NCBI GenBank assembly: GCA_964434675.1 | Contig: CAYSWN010000006.1 | Span: 14,343-78,342, forward strand | DNA: 64,000 nt | Reading direction: 5' to 3' | Origin: an uncultured Ignavibacterium sp. | GTDB taxonomy: Bacteria; Bacteroidota; Ignavibacteria; Ignavibacteriales; Ignavibacteriaceae | Part shown: piece by piece, positions 9,726 to 19,260 of the stretch | Layout of the letters: the number at the start of each line of letters is the position of its first letter | Position numbering within the stretch: position 1 is the stretch's first letter | Position numbers and translations under genes: made by a program | Notes under the pieces: generated by a model | Databases searched by the model: none | What the model was told of the DNA's origin: nothing | What the model saw: only the letters and a program-made list of their open reading frames with translations

Positions 9726-9923
9726 ATGTTAAGGTTTATTTTATATTTTATTTTGTTTTTGATTTTGTTTCGTGTGGTAAGATCACTGCTAGCTTATTTA
9801 TTCAAGAGTAATGAAAATCCAACAGTCAAAAATAATGTTCCAAAGAAAAAATCTAAGTTTGAAAATGTTGAAGACGCCAACTACATTGATATCAAACCCG
9901 AAGATGAAAAAAAGAATTATTAG
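9726..9923 (+). CDS. Small membrane protein (65 aa), unknown function
   Basis: N-terminal hydrophobic helix FILYFILFLILFRVV followed by a charged tail. Packed 4 nt after the kinase gene and 2 nt before the GT9 gene. Confidence 0.5.
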   Translation: MLRFILYFILFLILFRVVRSLLAYLFKSNENPTVKNNVPKKKSKFENVEDANYIDIKPEDEKKNY

Positions 9924-9925
9924 AT

Positions 9926-11011
9926 ATGCCAGGTAAATCATTCGCCTCAAATTTTATTAATTCATTACTAAAAAAAATATATTCTGTTGAAGAAAATTTT
10001 TCAAAAAATCTTGGCGAAGTAAAAAAAATTCTTGTAATTCGTCAGCACAACCAACTTGGTGATATGCTTGCGAGCATTTCATTATTAAGAGCGTTAAAAG
10101 AAAAATATCCGAACTCGCATCTTACACTTTTATCCAGCATGGAAAATTATTACGGAGTTGTTAAAAATAAATTTGTAGATGAACTGATAATTTTTGATAA
10201 ATCAAAACTTTTTAATCCAATAAATTTTATTGAGTTTTTCAAAAAAATAAAAAAAGAATTTGATGTCGTGATTGTACCTGTTACTGTTTCAATCTCTTTC
10301 ACAAGTAATCTATTAGCACGATTATCAAATAGTAAAATCAGGATTGGTCCAAAATCTTTAGATGGAAAACCAAATGAAAGCGCTTTCTTTTTTGATAGAA
10401 GGATTGATATTGATTGGCGCAAATATCCTGATTCAAATGTTTCGGAACATATTTTGGAAATTGTAAAACCGTTTGGAATTGATACTAAAAATTTAGATTC
10501 AGAAATATATTTTGATGAAACAGATCTGAATAAAGCAAAAAAATATGCTGCAGAAATAAAAAATAATTCTGAATCAATTTTAATTGGATTACATGTTGGT
10601 GCAGGTAAATCCGCAAATAGATGGGCGCTAATAAAATTTTTAGAACTAATAAAAAAATTAAATAAAGAATTTAATTGTACATTTTATCTTACCGGCACCA
10701 TTGCAGATAAAGAGGAAATAGATTACATAATTTCAAACACAGACTTAAAACTTAGTAAGTTTATTAATAAACAGATACCCCAAGTGGCGGCATTAGTTTC
10801 ATTATCAAATTTGTTTGTAACAAATGATACCGGAATTATGCATGTTGCCGGCACAACTGCAACTCCGCAAATTTCTTTGTTCGGTCCAACTAATCCGTTT
10901 AATTGGGCACCGTGCGGAAAAAACAAAATATTTTTACGTAAATCAGATTTGATTGATGATATTGAAGTTGATGATGTTTTTAATGTGTGTAAAGTTTTAT
11001 TAGGAAAGTAA
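9926..11011 (+). CDS. Glycosyltransferase family 9 (heptosyltransferase-like)
   Basis: 361 aa. NDTGIMHVAGTTATPQISLFGPTNPFNWAP is the typical GT9 C-terminal motif. Confidence 0.85.
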   Translation: MPGKSFASNFINSLLKKIYSVEENFSKNLGEVKKILVIRQHNQLGDMLASISLLRALKEKYPNSHLTLLSSMENYYGVVKNKFVDELIIFDKSKLFNPINFIEFFKKIKKEFDVVIVPVTVSISFTSNLLARLSNSKIRIGPKSLDGKPNESAFFFDRRIDIDWRKYPDSNVSEHILEIVKPFGIDTKNLDSEIYFDETDLNKAKKYAAEIKNNSESILIGLHVGAGKSANRWALIKFLELIKKLNKEFNCTFYLTGTIADKEEIDYIISNTDLKLSKFINKQIPQVAALVSLSNLFVTNDTGIMHVAGTTATPQISLFGPTNPFNWAPCGKNKIFLRKSDLIDDIEVDDVFNVCKVLLGK

Positions 11012-11013
11012 TA

Positions 11014-11961
11014 GTGATAATACCAAGTAAACGATTGGCTGCTATAGATATAGGCACAAACTCGTTTCATCTTATAATTGTTGAAGTAACTGAAACCGGG
11101 GAATTAAAATTTTTAGATAGAGAGCGGGAATTTTTACGCCTGGGTTCGGAGTTTGGTGAGGATTTAAGTTTTATTTCTGATAATGAAATTCAAAAAGCTG
11201 TTGTTGTTTTAAAAAGATTTTCTTCACTCGCAAATCATTACAAAGCAAGTATCAGAGCAGTATCCACAAGTGCTGTTCGCGAATCCCAAAACAAACTTGA
11301 GTTTATCAATACAATGTTTGAGCAAACCGGAATTAAGGTTGAAACCATCGAAGGACCTGAAGAAGCAAATCTTATTTTTCTTGGGATGAAAAATGCTCTA
11401 CCGCTTTATGATAAATCAGTTTTGGGTATTGATATTGGCGGCGGCAGTACAGAATTTATTTACGGCGTAAATGGTAAATCGGTTTTTGCTGAGAGTGTAA
11501 AAATCGGAGCCGTTCGGTTATCTAAAAAATTCTTTCCAGATTTTATCATAACTGATTTTGCAGTTAAACAATGCAGTGATTATGTTGAGAAGCTAATAGA
11601 AGTTAATCCAAATATTAAAACCAATGTGAATATTGATTTTGCAGTTGGCTCATCCGGAACAATTGATACAATTTGTATGATTAATCGAGCAAAAAGTAAA
11701 ACTAAAATCAAAACAAAATTAAACGGATATGAATTTGATAAATCCGATCTTAATGAGATCTATAATTATGTAATGAATTTAAAAACTCCCGCTGAAAGAA
11801 CAAACGTAAAAGGTATTGAAGCTAAACGTGCGGATATTATTCCAGCAGGTTTCATCATCATAAAAAAAGTATTTGAAATCTTTAATATCAAGAAAATGGT
11901 TTTATCAGAATATGCACTACGTGAAGGAGTTGTTTACGATCTTATAAACAGAAGCAAATAG
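11014..11961 (+). CDS. Ppx/GppA family phosphatase
   Basis: GTG start. AAIDIGTNSFHLIIVEV and IDIGGGSTEF are ASKHA-fold phosphate-binding motifs typical of Ppx/GppA. Confidence 0.85.
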   Translation: MIIPSKRLAAIDIGTNSFHLIIVEVTETGELKFLDREREFLRLGSEFGEDLSFISDNEIQKAVVVLKRFSSLANHYKASIRAVSTSAVRESQNKLEFINTMFEQTGIKVETIEGPEEANLIFLGMKNALPLYDKSVLGIDIGGGSTEFIYGVNGKSVFAESVKIGAVRLSKKFFPDFIITDFAVKQCSDYVEKLIEVNPNIKTNVNIDFAVGSSGTIDTICMINRAKSKTKIKTKLNGYEFDKSDLNEIYNYVMNLKTPAERTNVKGIEAKRADIIPAGFIIIKKVFEIFNIKKMVLSEYALREGVVYDLINRSK

Positions 11962-12050
11962 CCTATTTGCACTCCGCTAAATCCGCAAAAGACAAATCTT
12001 TTTTAATACTTGCTACCTAAGTATATTTGCACACAAATAATTAAGAGAAT

Positions 12051-13844
12051 ATGAATAACATCCGAAATTTTTGCATAATTGCACACATTGATCATGGTAA
12101 GTCAACTATCGCTGATTGTCTTTTAGAAACCACAGGCGTTGTGTCTGCACGCGAAGCTAAAGATCAGATTTTAGACAATCTTGAACTTGAACGCGAGCGC
12201 GGCATAACAATAAAATCCCATGCCATTCAAATGCACTATCGTGCAAAAGATAAACAGGAATATGTTTTAAATTTAATTGATACTCCGGGACACGTTGATT
12301 TTACTTATGAAGTTTCGCGATCACTTGCGGCTTGTGAGGGCGCTATCTTAGTAGTAGATGCTGCACAGGGAGTTGAAGCACAAACCATTAGTAATCTTTA
12401 TCTTGCAACAGATGCAGGATTAGAAATAATTCCGGTAATAAATAAAATCGATTTGCCGAGTGCTGAGATTGATAAAGTATCTCATCAAATAATTGATCTG
12501 CTCGGCTGCAACAAAGAAGATATAATTTTAGTCAGCGCAAAATCTAAAATTGGTATTAACGAATTATTAGAAACTGTAATAGAAAAAGTGCCGTCGCCAA
12601 AAGGAGATCCAAATGCTCCTCTGCAGGCATTGATTTTTGATTCTGTGTTTGATGCCTATCGAGGTGCAATAGCTTATGTTAGAATTTTTCAGGGAACTTT
12701 AAAGACAAATGAAAAAATAAAATTCTTTAAAGTTCATAAGGAAACCGAAGCGGAAGAGATTGGAACTTTAGGATTAAAAAAAATTAAATCAAATGAACTT
12801 TCTGCTGGTGATGTTGGGTATGTGATTGCAGGAATCAAAGATGTTCGAGATACTAAAGTTGGCGATACAATAACGCATGTTAAAAACGGCGCAAGCGAAC
12901 CGCTGCCTGGTTATAAGGATGTAAAACCAATGGTTTACAGCGGATTGTATCCTACTGATTCTGATGACTTTGAAGATTTACGAGATGCTTTAGAAAAATT
13001 TTGTTTAAATGATTCTGCATTGATCTATCAGCCTGAAACTTCAGCCGCACTTGGATTTGGTTTTAGATGTGGATTTCTTGGTTTACTTCATATGGAAATT
13101 GTGCAGGAAAGATTGCTTCGCGAATATGGTCAATCAATTATTACAACTCTTCCTAACGTGGAGTATATTGTTTACAATAAAAAAGGTGAAAAAATAATTG
13201 TGGATAACCCCGCAGAAATGCCGCAGGTTGGAAACATTGATCGTGTTGAAGAGCCTTATATGAAGGCACAAATTGTTACTCCGAGTGAATACGTTGGTAA
13301 CATTATGAAAATTGCAATGGATAAACGCGGTACTTATATTAACACAACTTATTTAGATCCTACTCGTGCTGATGTTCAATTTGAATTTCCGTTAGCAGAA
13401 ATAATTTTTGATTTTTATGATAAGCTCAAATCATCAACACGCGGCTATGCTTCTTTGGATTATGAATATATTGGTTATCGTGAATCAGATTTGGTAAAGT
13501 TAGATATACTTTTAAACAGCGAACCTGTTGATGCACTATCGATGATTGTACATAGAAGTAAATCATTTGATTGGGGAAGAAAGGTAAGTTCAAAACTTAA
13601 AGATTTAATTCCACGCCAGATGTTTGAAATAAATATTCAAGCTGCAATTGGTACAAAAGTAATTTCTAAATCAGTAGTTAAAGCCTTGAGAAAAAATGTA
13701 CTTGCAAAATGTTACGGTGGTGATATATCCAGAAAGAGAAAACTTTTGGAGAAGCAAAGAGAAGGCAAAAAACGCATGAAGCAAGTTGGTAATGTTGAAA
13801 TTCCGCAGGAAGCATTTTTAGCAGTGCTGCAAATTGATGAATAA
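12051..13844 (+). CDS. lepA: Translation elongation factor 4 (LepA)
   Basis: 597 aa. [16 protein letters not shown] and [11 protein letters not shown]-motifs, and the LepA-specific C-terminal domain. Confidence 0.97.
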   Translation: MNNIRNFCIIAHIDHGKSTIADCLLETTGVVSAREAKDQILDNLELERERGITIKSHAIQMHYRAKDKQEYVLNLIDTPGHVDFTYEVSRSLAACEGAILVVDAAQGVEAQTISNLYLATDAGLEIIPVINKIDLPSAEIDKVSHQIIDLLGCNKEDIILVSAKSKIGINELLETVIEKVPSPKGDPNAPLQALIFDSVFDAYRGAIAYVRIFQGTLKTNEKIKFFKVHKETEAEEIGTLGLKKIKSNELSAGDVGYVIAGIKDVRDTKVGDTITHVKNGASEPLPGYKDVKPMVYSGLYPTDSDDFEDLRDALEKFCLNDSALIYQPETSAALGFGFRCGFLGLLHMEIVQERLLREYGQSIITTLPNVEYIVYNKKGEKIIVDNPAEMPQVGNIDRVEEPYMKAQIVTPSEYVGNIMKIAMDKRGTYINTTYLDPTRADVQFEFPLAEIIFDFYDKLKSSTRGYASLDYEYIGYRESDLVKLDILLNSEPVDALSMIVHRSKSFDWGRKVSSKLKDLIPRQMFEINIQAAIGTKVISKSVVKALRKNVLAKCYGGDISRKRKLLEKQREGKKRMKQVGNVEIPQEAFLAVLQIDE

Positions 13845-13864
13845 TTAATTATATAATTTGGTAA

Positions 13865-14707
13865 ATGAAACGCTTATTAAAGATATTAATTTTACTTTTG
13901 ATTTTAGCGTTAGTGTTAAAAATATTTGTTGTAGATGCTTTTAAAATTCCTACCGGTTCGATGAAAAACACTTTACTTGAAGGTGATTTTTTACTTGTAA
14001 ATAAAATTGCATATTCATTTGCCACTCCGCATCAAATTCCATTTATCAATAAAAGATTATCACGAACAGAATTATTCTCAACGGGTAAACCTGCATTTAA
14101 TGATGTTATCGCATTTGAAATTCCTGCTGATTATTATGATCCGGCTGCTAAAGATTATTCTGTGTTGATTAAGAGAATTACCGGTTTGCCCGGCGATACA
14201 ATCGAAATAAAAGATCAGATCTTGTACATCAACAATATAATATATCGTAATCCATCATTTATAAAATTAGATCTTAATGAAACACCGATAGAAAATATTA
14301 ATAAAGATCTTTTTCCTTACAATAATAAATGGTCTTTAGAAAATTATGGTCCGATTGTAATCCCTAAAAAGGGAATGATAGTAGAACTTAATCCGAAAAA
14401 TATTTTGCAATGGCAGAATGCAATCAATACAGACCACGGGAAAAAAGTTGTTAGCGTTGAGGGAACTGTTATCAATATAAACAATCAGCCTGTAAGAGAA
14501 TATACATTTCAAAAAGATTATTATTTTGTTTTAGGTGATAACAGAAAAAATAGTATAGACAGCCGCTATTATGGCTACATTCCTGAAGATTGGATAATTG
14601 GAAAAGCGTTTATGATTTACTGGTCGCAGTTGCCTGTTCAGTCATCGGGTATATCTGATTATTTTAGCTCTATCCGATACAGCCGATTGATGCAATCAGT
14701 AGATTAA
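13865..14707 (+). CDS. lepB: Signal peptidase I
   Basis: N-terminal TM. Catalytic Ser box GSMKNTLLEGD. Box E GDNRKNSIDSRYYGYIP. Confidence 0.9.
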   Translation: MKRLLKILILLLILALVLKIFVVDAFKIPTGSMKNTLLEGDFLLVNKIAYSFATPHQIPFINKRLSRTELFSTGKPAFNDVIAFEIPADYYDPAAKDYSVLIKRITGLPGDTIEIKDQILYINNIIYRNPSFIKLDLNETPIENINKDLFPYNNKWSLENYGPIVIPKKGMIVELNPKNILQWQNAINTDHGKKVVSVEGTVININNQPVREYTFQKDYYFVLGDNRKNSIDSRYYGYIPEDWIIGKAFMIYWSQLPVQSSGISDYFSSIRYSRLMQSVD

Positions 14708-14776
14708 AAAAAGTAACAGATAAATTTTTAAGCTTGATTTTGTTCATTCAATTTGTAGCTTTACAAAAAAAACGAA

Positions 14777-16756
14777 ATGAAATACACACTAATTCTTTTA
14801 ATAATTTTATCCGCACAAGTTTTCACTCAGGAAAAGTACTTTATTTATTTTACAGATAAGGGAACAGAGAACATTCATTCATTAAATAAAAGCAGCGCAG
14901 CGTTTAATCAAGCCATACAGGAACTCTCGCCAAAATCAATTGAACGAAGAATAAAAAATATGGGTGGCGATTTTATTACTTATGAAGATATTCCAATCTA
15001 TAAAAATTACATTGATGAAGTAGAAAGTTTTGGCGTTAAAATAATTCGTAAACTAAAATGGTTTAATTCTGTGTCAGCATATTTAAATCCTGATCAAATT
15101 GGAAACCTAAAATCGCTTCCATTTATTAAATCTATAGAACCGGTTAAAAAATATTATTTTAAAAAGGATGAGTTCACTAATACTGAATATCAATTAAATA
15201 AAGTTCTTGATACAACGTTTAATTATGGTGTATCTCTTAAGCAAATGGAATTATCAGATGTTCCAATAGTTCATTCAAAAAATATAAATGGTAAAAATGT
15301 TTTAATCGGTGTGCTTGATTCCGGTTTTGATTGGAAACGCCACAACTCTCTAAAAGATAGAAATGTTATCGCCGAGTATGATTTTATTTTTGATGATTCT
15401 GTTACAGCAAATCAACCGGAAGATGTCGCTGGGCAGGATTCTCATGGAACTTATGTCTTTTCCATACTTGCAGGATTTGTTGATAGTATTTTAATCGGAC
15501 CAGCATTTAATGCGTCTTTCGTACTAGCAAAAACAGAAGACATAAGAACTGAAACACATGTTGAAGAGGATAATTATGCAGCCGCTTTAATTTGGATGGA
15601 TTCTTTGGGTGTGGATCTTACCACAAGTTCGCTCGGTTATAATATTTTTGATTCCGGTTATTCATACACATACAACGATATGAATGGAAAAACAACTATT
15701 GTAACAAAAGCTTTAGAGTTAGCCTTCCAACGCGGTATTTCTACTTTTACTTCTGCCGGCAACGAAGGAAATAATTCCTGGAAATTTATTATTGCACCTG
15801 GTGATGGATTTAATGTAATAACTGTTGGAGCTGTTAATGAATTTGGAAATGTTGCAAACTTCAGCAGTCGCGGTCCAACATCTGATGGAAGAATAAAACC
15901 GGAAGTTGCTGCACTGGGCGTAGATACTTATGGAGCTGTATCAGGTACAAATAATGGTTATAGATATGCAAGTGGAACATCTGCCGCTGCGCCGATTGCA
16001 AGCGGAGTTGGCGGATTACTTCTTTCCGCTTTTCCGTATTTAAAGAATACACAGGTAAGAAGTATTTTTCTTGAAACATCTTCAAACTCTGCGGCACCGG
16101 ATAATGAAATTGGTTACGGAATAATCTCAGCAAAAAATGCGATTGAATTTCCTAATCTGGAATACAAAAATGGAAAATATATTTTACATAAAACCTTTTT
16201 TGAAAATGGAATAGATACACAATCTGTTAAGATGAACTTAGATATAGGTTCAGATTACATAGAACTTTTTCCAATGATTAAAATTAGTAGTTGCGATTAT
16301 ATTCTTGAAATTCCTCAGTATAGTGCCGGCAACACTTTTAAAATTGCATTTAGCTATGTTGATAGTCTTGGCAGTCTAAATCGTATTCCAAAAAATGGAA
16401 ATTACAAATTTAGTTATGGCTCTGATATTATAAGTTATAATTTAGATGTTAGTACGACGGCAGGTGATTATGAGGTTAGTAATTTTTATCCCAATCCATT
16501 TATTCCTTTGAATAATTATAAAATTAATTTTAATTATCTAACAAGTGGGAATGAAAAATTAAAAGTTGTAATTGTTGATGCAACTGGGCAGAATGTTTAT
16601 GAATTAAATTCTATTACAAATTCAAATCCTGGCTTTTATACTTTTAATTGGAATGGGTATTCGAGCAAAGGTTATCTTTGTGCAAGCGGCGTTTACTTTG
16701 CTTCGATTCAGATTGAGAATAAACAATTTGGAAGAAAATTTATTTTACTGAAGTAA
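14777..16756 (+). CDS. Secreted S8 (subtilisin) family serine peptidase with T9SS-type C-terminal sorting domain
   Basis: Signal peptide. Catalytic triad contexts GVLDSGFD, HGTYV and SGTSAAAPIASG. C-terminal ~80 aa start YPNPF and end in a beta-rich tail typical of Por secretion tails. Confidence 0.9.
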   Translation: MKYTLILLIILSAQVFTQEKYFIYFTDKGTENIHSLNKSSAAFNQAIQELSPKSIERRIKNMGGDFITYEDIPIYKNYIDEVESFGVKIIRKLKWFNSVSAYLNPDQIGNLKSLPFIKSIEPVKKYYFKKDEFTNTEYQLNKVLDTTFNYGVSLKQMELSDVPIVHSKNINGKNVLIGVLDSGFDWKRHNSLKDRNVIAEYDFIFDDSVTANQPEDVAGQDSHGTYVFSILAGFVDSILIGPAFNASFVLAKTEDIRTETHVEEDNYAAALIWMDSLGVDLTTSSLGYNIFDSGYSYTYNDMNGKTTIVTKALELAFQRGISTFTSAGNEGNNSWKFIIAPGDGFNVITVGAVNEFGNVANFSSRGPTSDGRIKPEVAALGVDTYGAVSGTNNGYRYASGTSAAAPIASGVGGLLLSAFPYLKNTQVRSIFLETSSNSAAPDNEIGYGIISAKNAIEFPNLEYKNGKYILHKTFFENGIDTQSVKMNLDIGSDYIELFPMIKISSCDYILEIPQYSAGNTFKIAFSYVDSLGSLNRIPKNGNYKFSYGSDIISYNLDVSTTAGDYEVSNFYPNPFIPLNNYKINFNYLTSGNEKLKVVIVDATGQNVYELNSITNSNPGFYTFNWNGYSSKGYLCASGVYFASIQIENKQFGRKFILLK

Positions 16757-16837
16757 TAAAAAGAACTTATTATTAACACACACTAATTTGTATAATTAAA
16801 AGGTGAATTTAGATCAATAAACATATAGAGCAAATCA

Positions 16838-17479
16838 ATGACAAAAATTTTATATCCTGCACAAAAAAAATATTTAGAATCTCTCAGAATAAAAGATGAT
16901 AAGCTGATAACTGAAATGGAAGAATATGCCGAAGAGCATGACGTTCCAATTTTAGATTGGCACTCAATTGAGTTTATTGAAAAATTAATTTTAACTAATA
17001 AGCCTGATAGAGTTTTAGAAATTGGGACAGCAATCGCGTATTCCACAATAAGAATTGCAAGATGTTTAAGTAAAAATTCTGTTATTCATACAATTGAAAA
17101 AAGTACGGACAATATTAAAATTGCTTTAAAGAATATTGAAAAATCCGGCTTAAGCAAAAAAATAAAATTGCTGCAAGGTGATGCGTTAAGCATTATGCCG
17201 CAGATGAATAAAAAGTATGATTTTATTTTTCTTGATGCTGATAAAGAAGATTATAAAAAACTTTTTGATCTTTCGATGCTTCTCTTGCGCAAAGGGGGAA
17301 TTATTATTATTGATAATCTTTTATGGCACGGTTATACAGCCTCTACAAGTGTGCCGCAGAAGTATAAAAATTCAACAAAACATATTCGTGATTTTAATAA
17401 AATATTTATTTTGCAAAAAAATCTTGATTCGATGATAATTCCAATCGGAGATGGATTAGGATTTGGTATTAAAAATTAG
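16838..17479 (+). CDS. Class I SAM-dependent O-methyltransferase (caffeoyl-CoA OMT/YrrM-like)
   Basis: SAM motif VLEIGTAIAYST, acidic FIFLDADKEDY, and IIIDNLLWHG. Confidence 0.85.
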   Translation: MTKILYPAQKKYLESLRIKDDKLITEMEEYAEEHDVPILDWHSIEFIEKLILTNKPDRVLEIGTAIAYSTIRIARCLSKNSVIHTIEKSTDNIKIALKNIEKSGLSKKIKLLQGDALSIMPQMNKKYDFIFLDADKEDYKKLFDLSMLLLRKGGIIIIDNLLWHGYTASTSVPQKYKNSTKHIRDFNKIFILQKNLDSMIIPIGDGLGFGIKN

Positions 17480-17488
17480 TTTTAAATT

Positions 17489-17908
17489 ATGAATAATCTA
17501 CCCGCAGAATTTCTTGACGATGTTGAAAAGTTTTCACATCAATCATTAAAAAGAAAAGATGATCTATCAATTTTGGTTAAAGCATACGCTCAAAATAGAA
17601 AGATTGAAGATTTTGAAAACTTATCTTTTACAGGGAAATATGTAAATGGACTTTTTACTGTTTTAAAGAATAGTGTAAATATTCCTGAAGTTGAAAATAT
17701 TGATCACATAAAAAAAGATTTGTCTGAAAATATAGAGAAAGTAATTTCTCATTTAAAAGAAATTACTTTCAAAATGGATGATGATGAAAAAAAAATAATT
17801 GAAGAAAATTACTTAACGCTAAATCAAAACTGCCTTCAAAACCTCCAGCACTTAGTTAAAGATCTTGATTACATAAAAAAGTATTTAAACTATCTTAAAA
17901 GAAATTAG
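17489..17908 (+). CDS. Hypothetical protein (139 aa, predicted all-helical)
   Basis: ORF starts 9 nt after the OMT stop. Charged, helical-looking composition with no motif I recognise. Confidence 0.5.
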   Translation: MNNLPAEFLDDVEKFSHQSLKRKDDLSILVKAYAQNRKIEDFENLSFTGKYVNGLFTVLKNSVNIPEVENIDHIKKDLSENIEKVISHLKEITFKMDDDEKKIIEENYLTLNQNCLQNLQHLVKDLDYIKKYLNYLKRN

Positions 17909-17965
17909 AGTCTTTAAGACGTTAGTTAGTCAAGTTATTTTTTGTCTGTTCTCCAATATCAGGAA

Positions 17966-17989
17966 ATGCTGAAACGTGTTCAGCATGAC
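17966..17989. repeat. GTCA-headed hairpin between convergent genes (probable bidirectional terminator)
   Basis: ATGCTGAA-ACGTG-TTCAGCAT plus GAC. The minus strand reads GTCATGCTGAACACGTTTCAGCAT. Confidence 0.55.
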
Positions 17990-17997
17990 TGAACAAC

Positions 17998-18444
17998 CTA
18001 AGTTTTTGCAATCCACTTTTCTAAAGCAGTTAACAAATGCGTCATCGCTGTAATTAAAGGCTGATGCTGCTCAACTTCAATGTCATCAAGAATCTCTTTA
18101 TGGATTTCGATATAGGCTTTATTTAATTGCTGCACCAGCAACTGCCCCTTACGTGATAAAGAAACACGCATGTTTCTTCTATCGTTCGGATCAATTTCTC
18201 TGATGATATATTCTTTTTGAACAAGTCCATCGATAATTCTTGTTAGCCTGCTTGGACTAAGATTCATTCTCTCAGCAATTGCTTTGTTATTTATACTCTC
18301 ATCAGAGCCAAATAATCTTAAGCATCTAAATTCTGCCTGAGTTAAACTATGCACTTCTGCCAGACGAATTTCTTTTTCCTGACAGTTTGCCAACAAACTA
18401 AAAGTTAAGTTTGCCAACATTTCAGCATTGTGATTTAATTCCAT
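17998..18444 (-). CDS. MarR family transcriptional regulator
   Basis: 148 aa. The winged-helix core LTQAEFRCLRLF...ERMNLSPSRLTRIIDGLVQKEYI...DRRNMRVSLSRKG is typical of MarR. Confidence 0.85.
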   Translation of the reverse strand: MELNHNAEMLANLTFSLLANCQEKEIRLAEVHSLTQAEFRCLRLFGSDESINNKAIAERMNLSPSRLTRIIDGLVQKEYIIREIDPNDRRNMRVSLSRKGQLLVQQLNKAYIEIHKEILDDIEVEQHQPLITAMTHLLTALEKWIAKT

Positions 18445-18532
18445 GTTAATTCCGGTTTAGTTATTGACGAATTATTGTCTATAACAAATATCGATAATAA
18501 AAATTATTAAATCAAGTACAGTTTATAATAAT

Positions 18533-19153
18533 CTAAAAATATTTTAAATCAGGAAGCAGCTTTATTAAGATTTGTCCATTAGTAAGATTTGTTAATTCGG
18601 TATCTATTTTTTCTTGATCTTTTGATATTATCCAACAAATAAATTTTGCATTGTTAGAATATTCAGATTCAGCAACGATTGCAGAATAATGATTAATAAC
18701 ACGATGCACATGACTGATAAAATTAAAATCCACTTCTATCAACAACTTTTGATAAAGAGTTTGTAACAGAATATCAGATACGTTCAAAACATCAATAGAT
18801 GCCTTGTAGTAAGCTTTTCCGAGAGGTCCAACTCCAAGCTTGGTTCCGCCAAAATAACGCACTACAATCACTAAAACATCGTTCAAATCAAAATGCTCAA
18901 TAGCGTATAAGATTCTAATTCCGGCCGTTCCGTTTGGTTCACCGTCATCAGAGTATTTGGTTTCTCCGATTTTTAATTTATAAGCGTAGCAGTGATGAGT
19001 TGCATCGTAATATTTTTTTTTGATTTCATTTAAATGATCTAATGCAGATTCCTCACTATCAATAGGATAAACAATTGCTAAAAATTCTGAGCCTTTTTCT
19101 TTTAGAGATGAGATCTGAAAATTTTTTATAGTTTTTATTTGTTCAGGTAACAT
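18533..19153 (-). CDS. yigZ: YigZ/IMPACT family protein (UPF0029)
   Basis: KGSEFLA...ATHHCYAYK...[11 protein letters not shown] motifs of the IMPACT N-terminal domain. Confidence 0.85.
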   Translation of the reverse strand: MLPEQIKTIKNFQISSLKEKGSEFLAIVYPIDSEESALDHLNEIKKKYYDATHHCYAYKLKIGETKYSDDGEPNGTAGIRILYAIEHFDLNDVLVIVVRYFGGTKLGVGPLGKAYYKASIDVLNVSDILLQTLYQKLLIEVDFNFISHVHRVINHYSAIVAESEYSNNAKFICWIISKDQEKIDTELTNLTNGQILIKLLPDLKYF

Positions 19154-19260
19154 AATTGTGCGATTGAATAATCCATAGCGAAATTATTTGTTTATGAATA
19201 TCACTATTCCTAAAATAAGAGTTTGAAAATTTATTTCTAATTTTTTTATTTGATATAACT

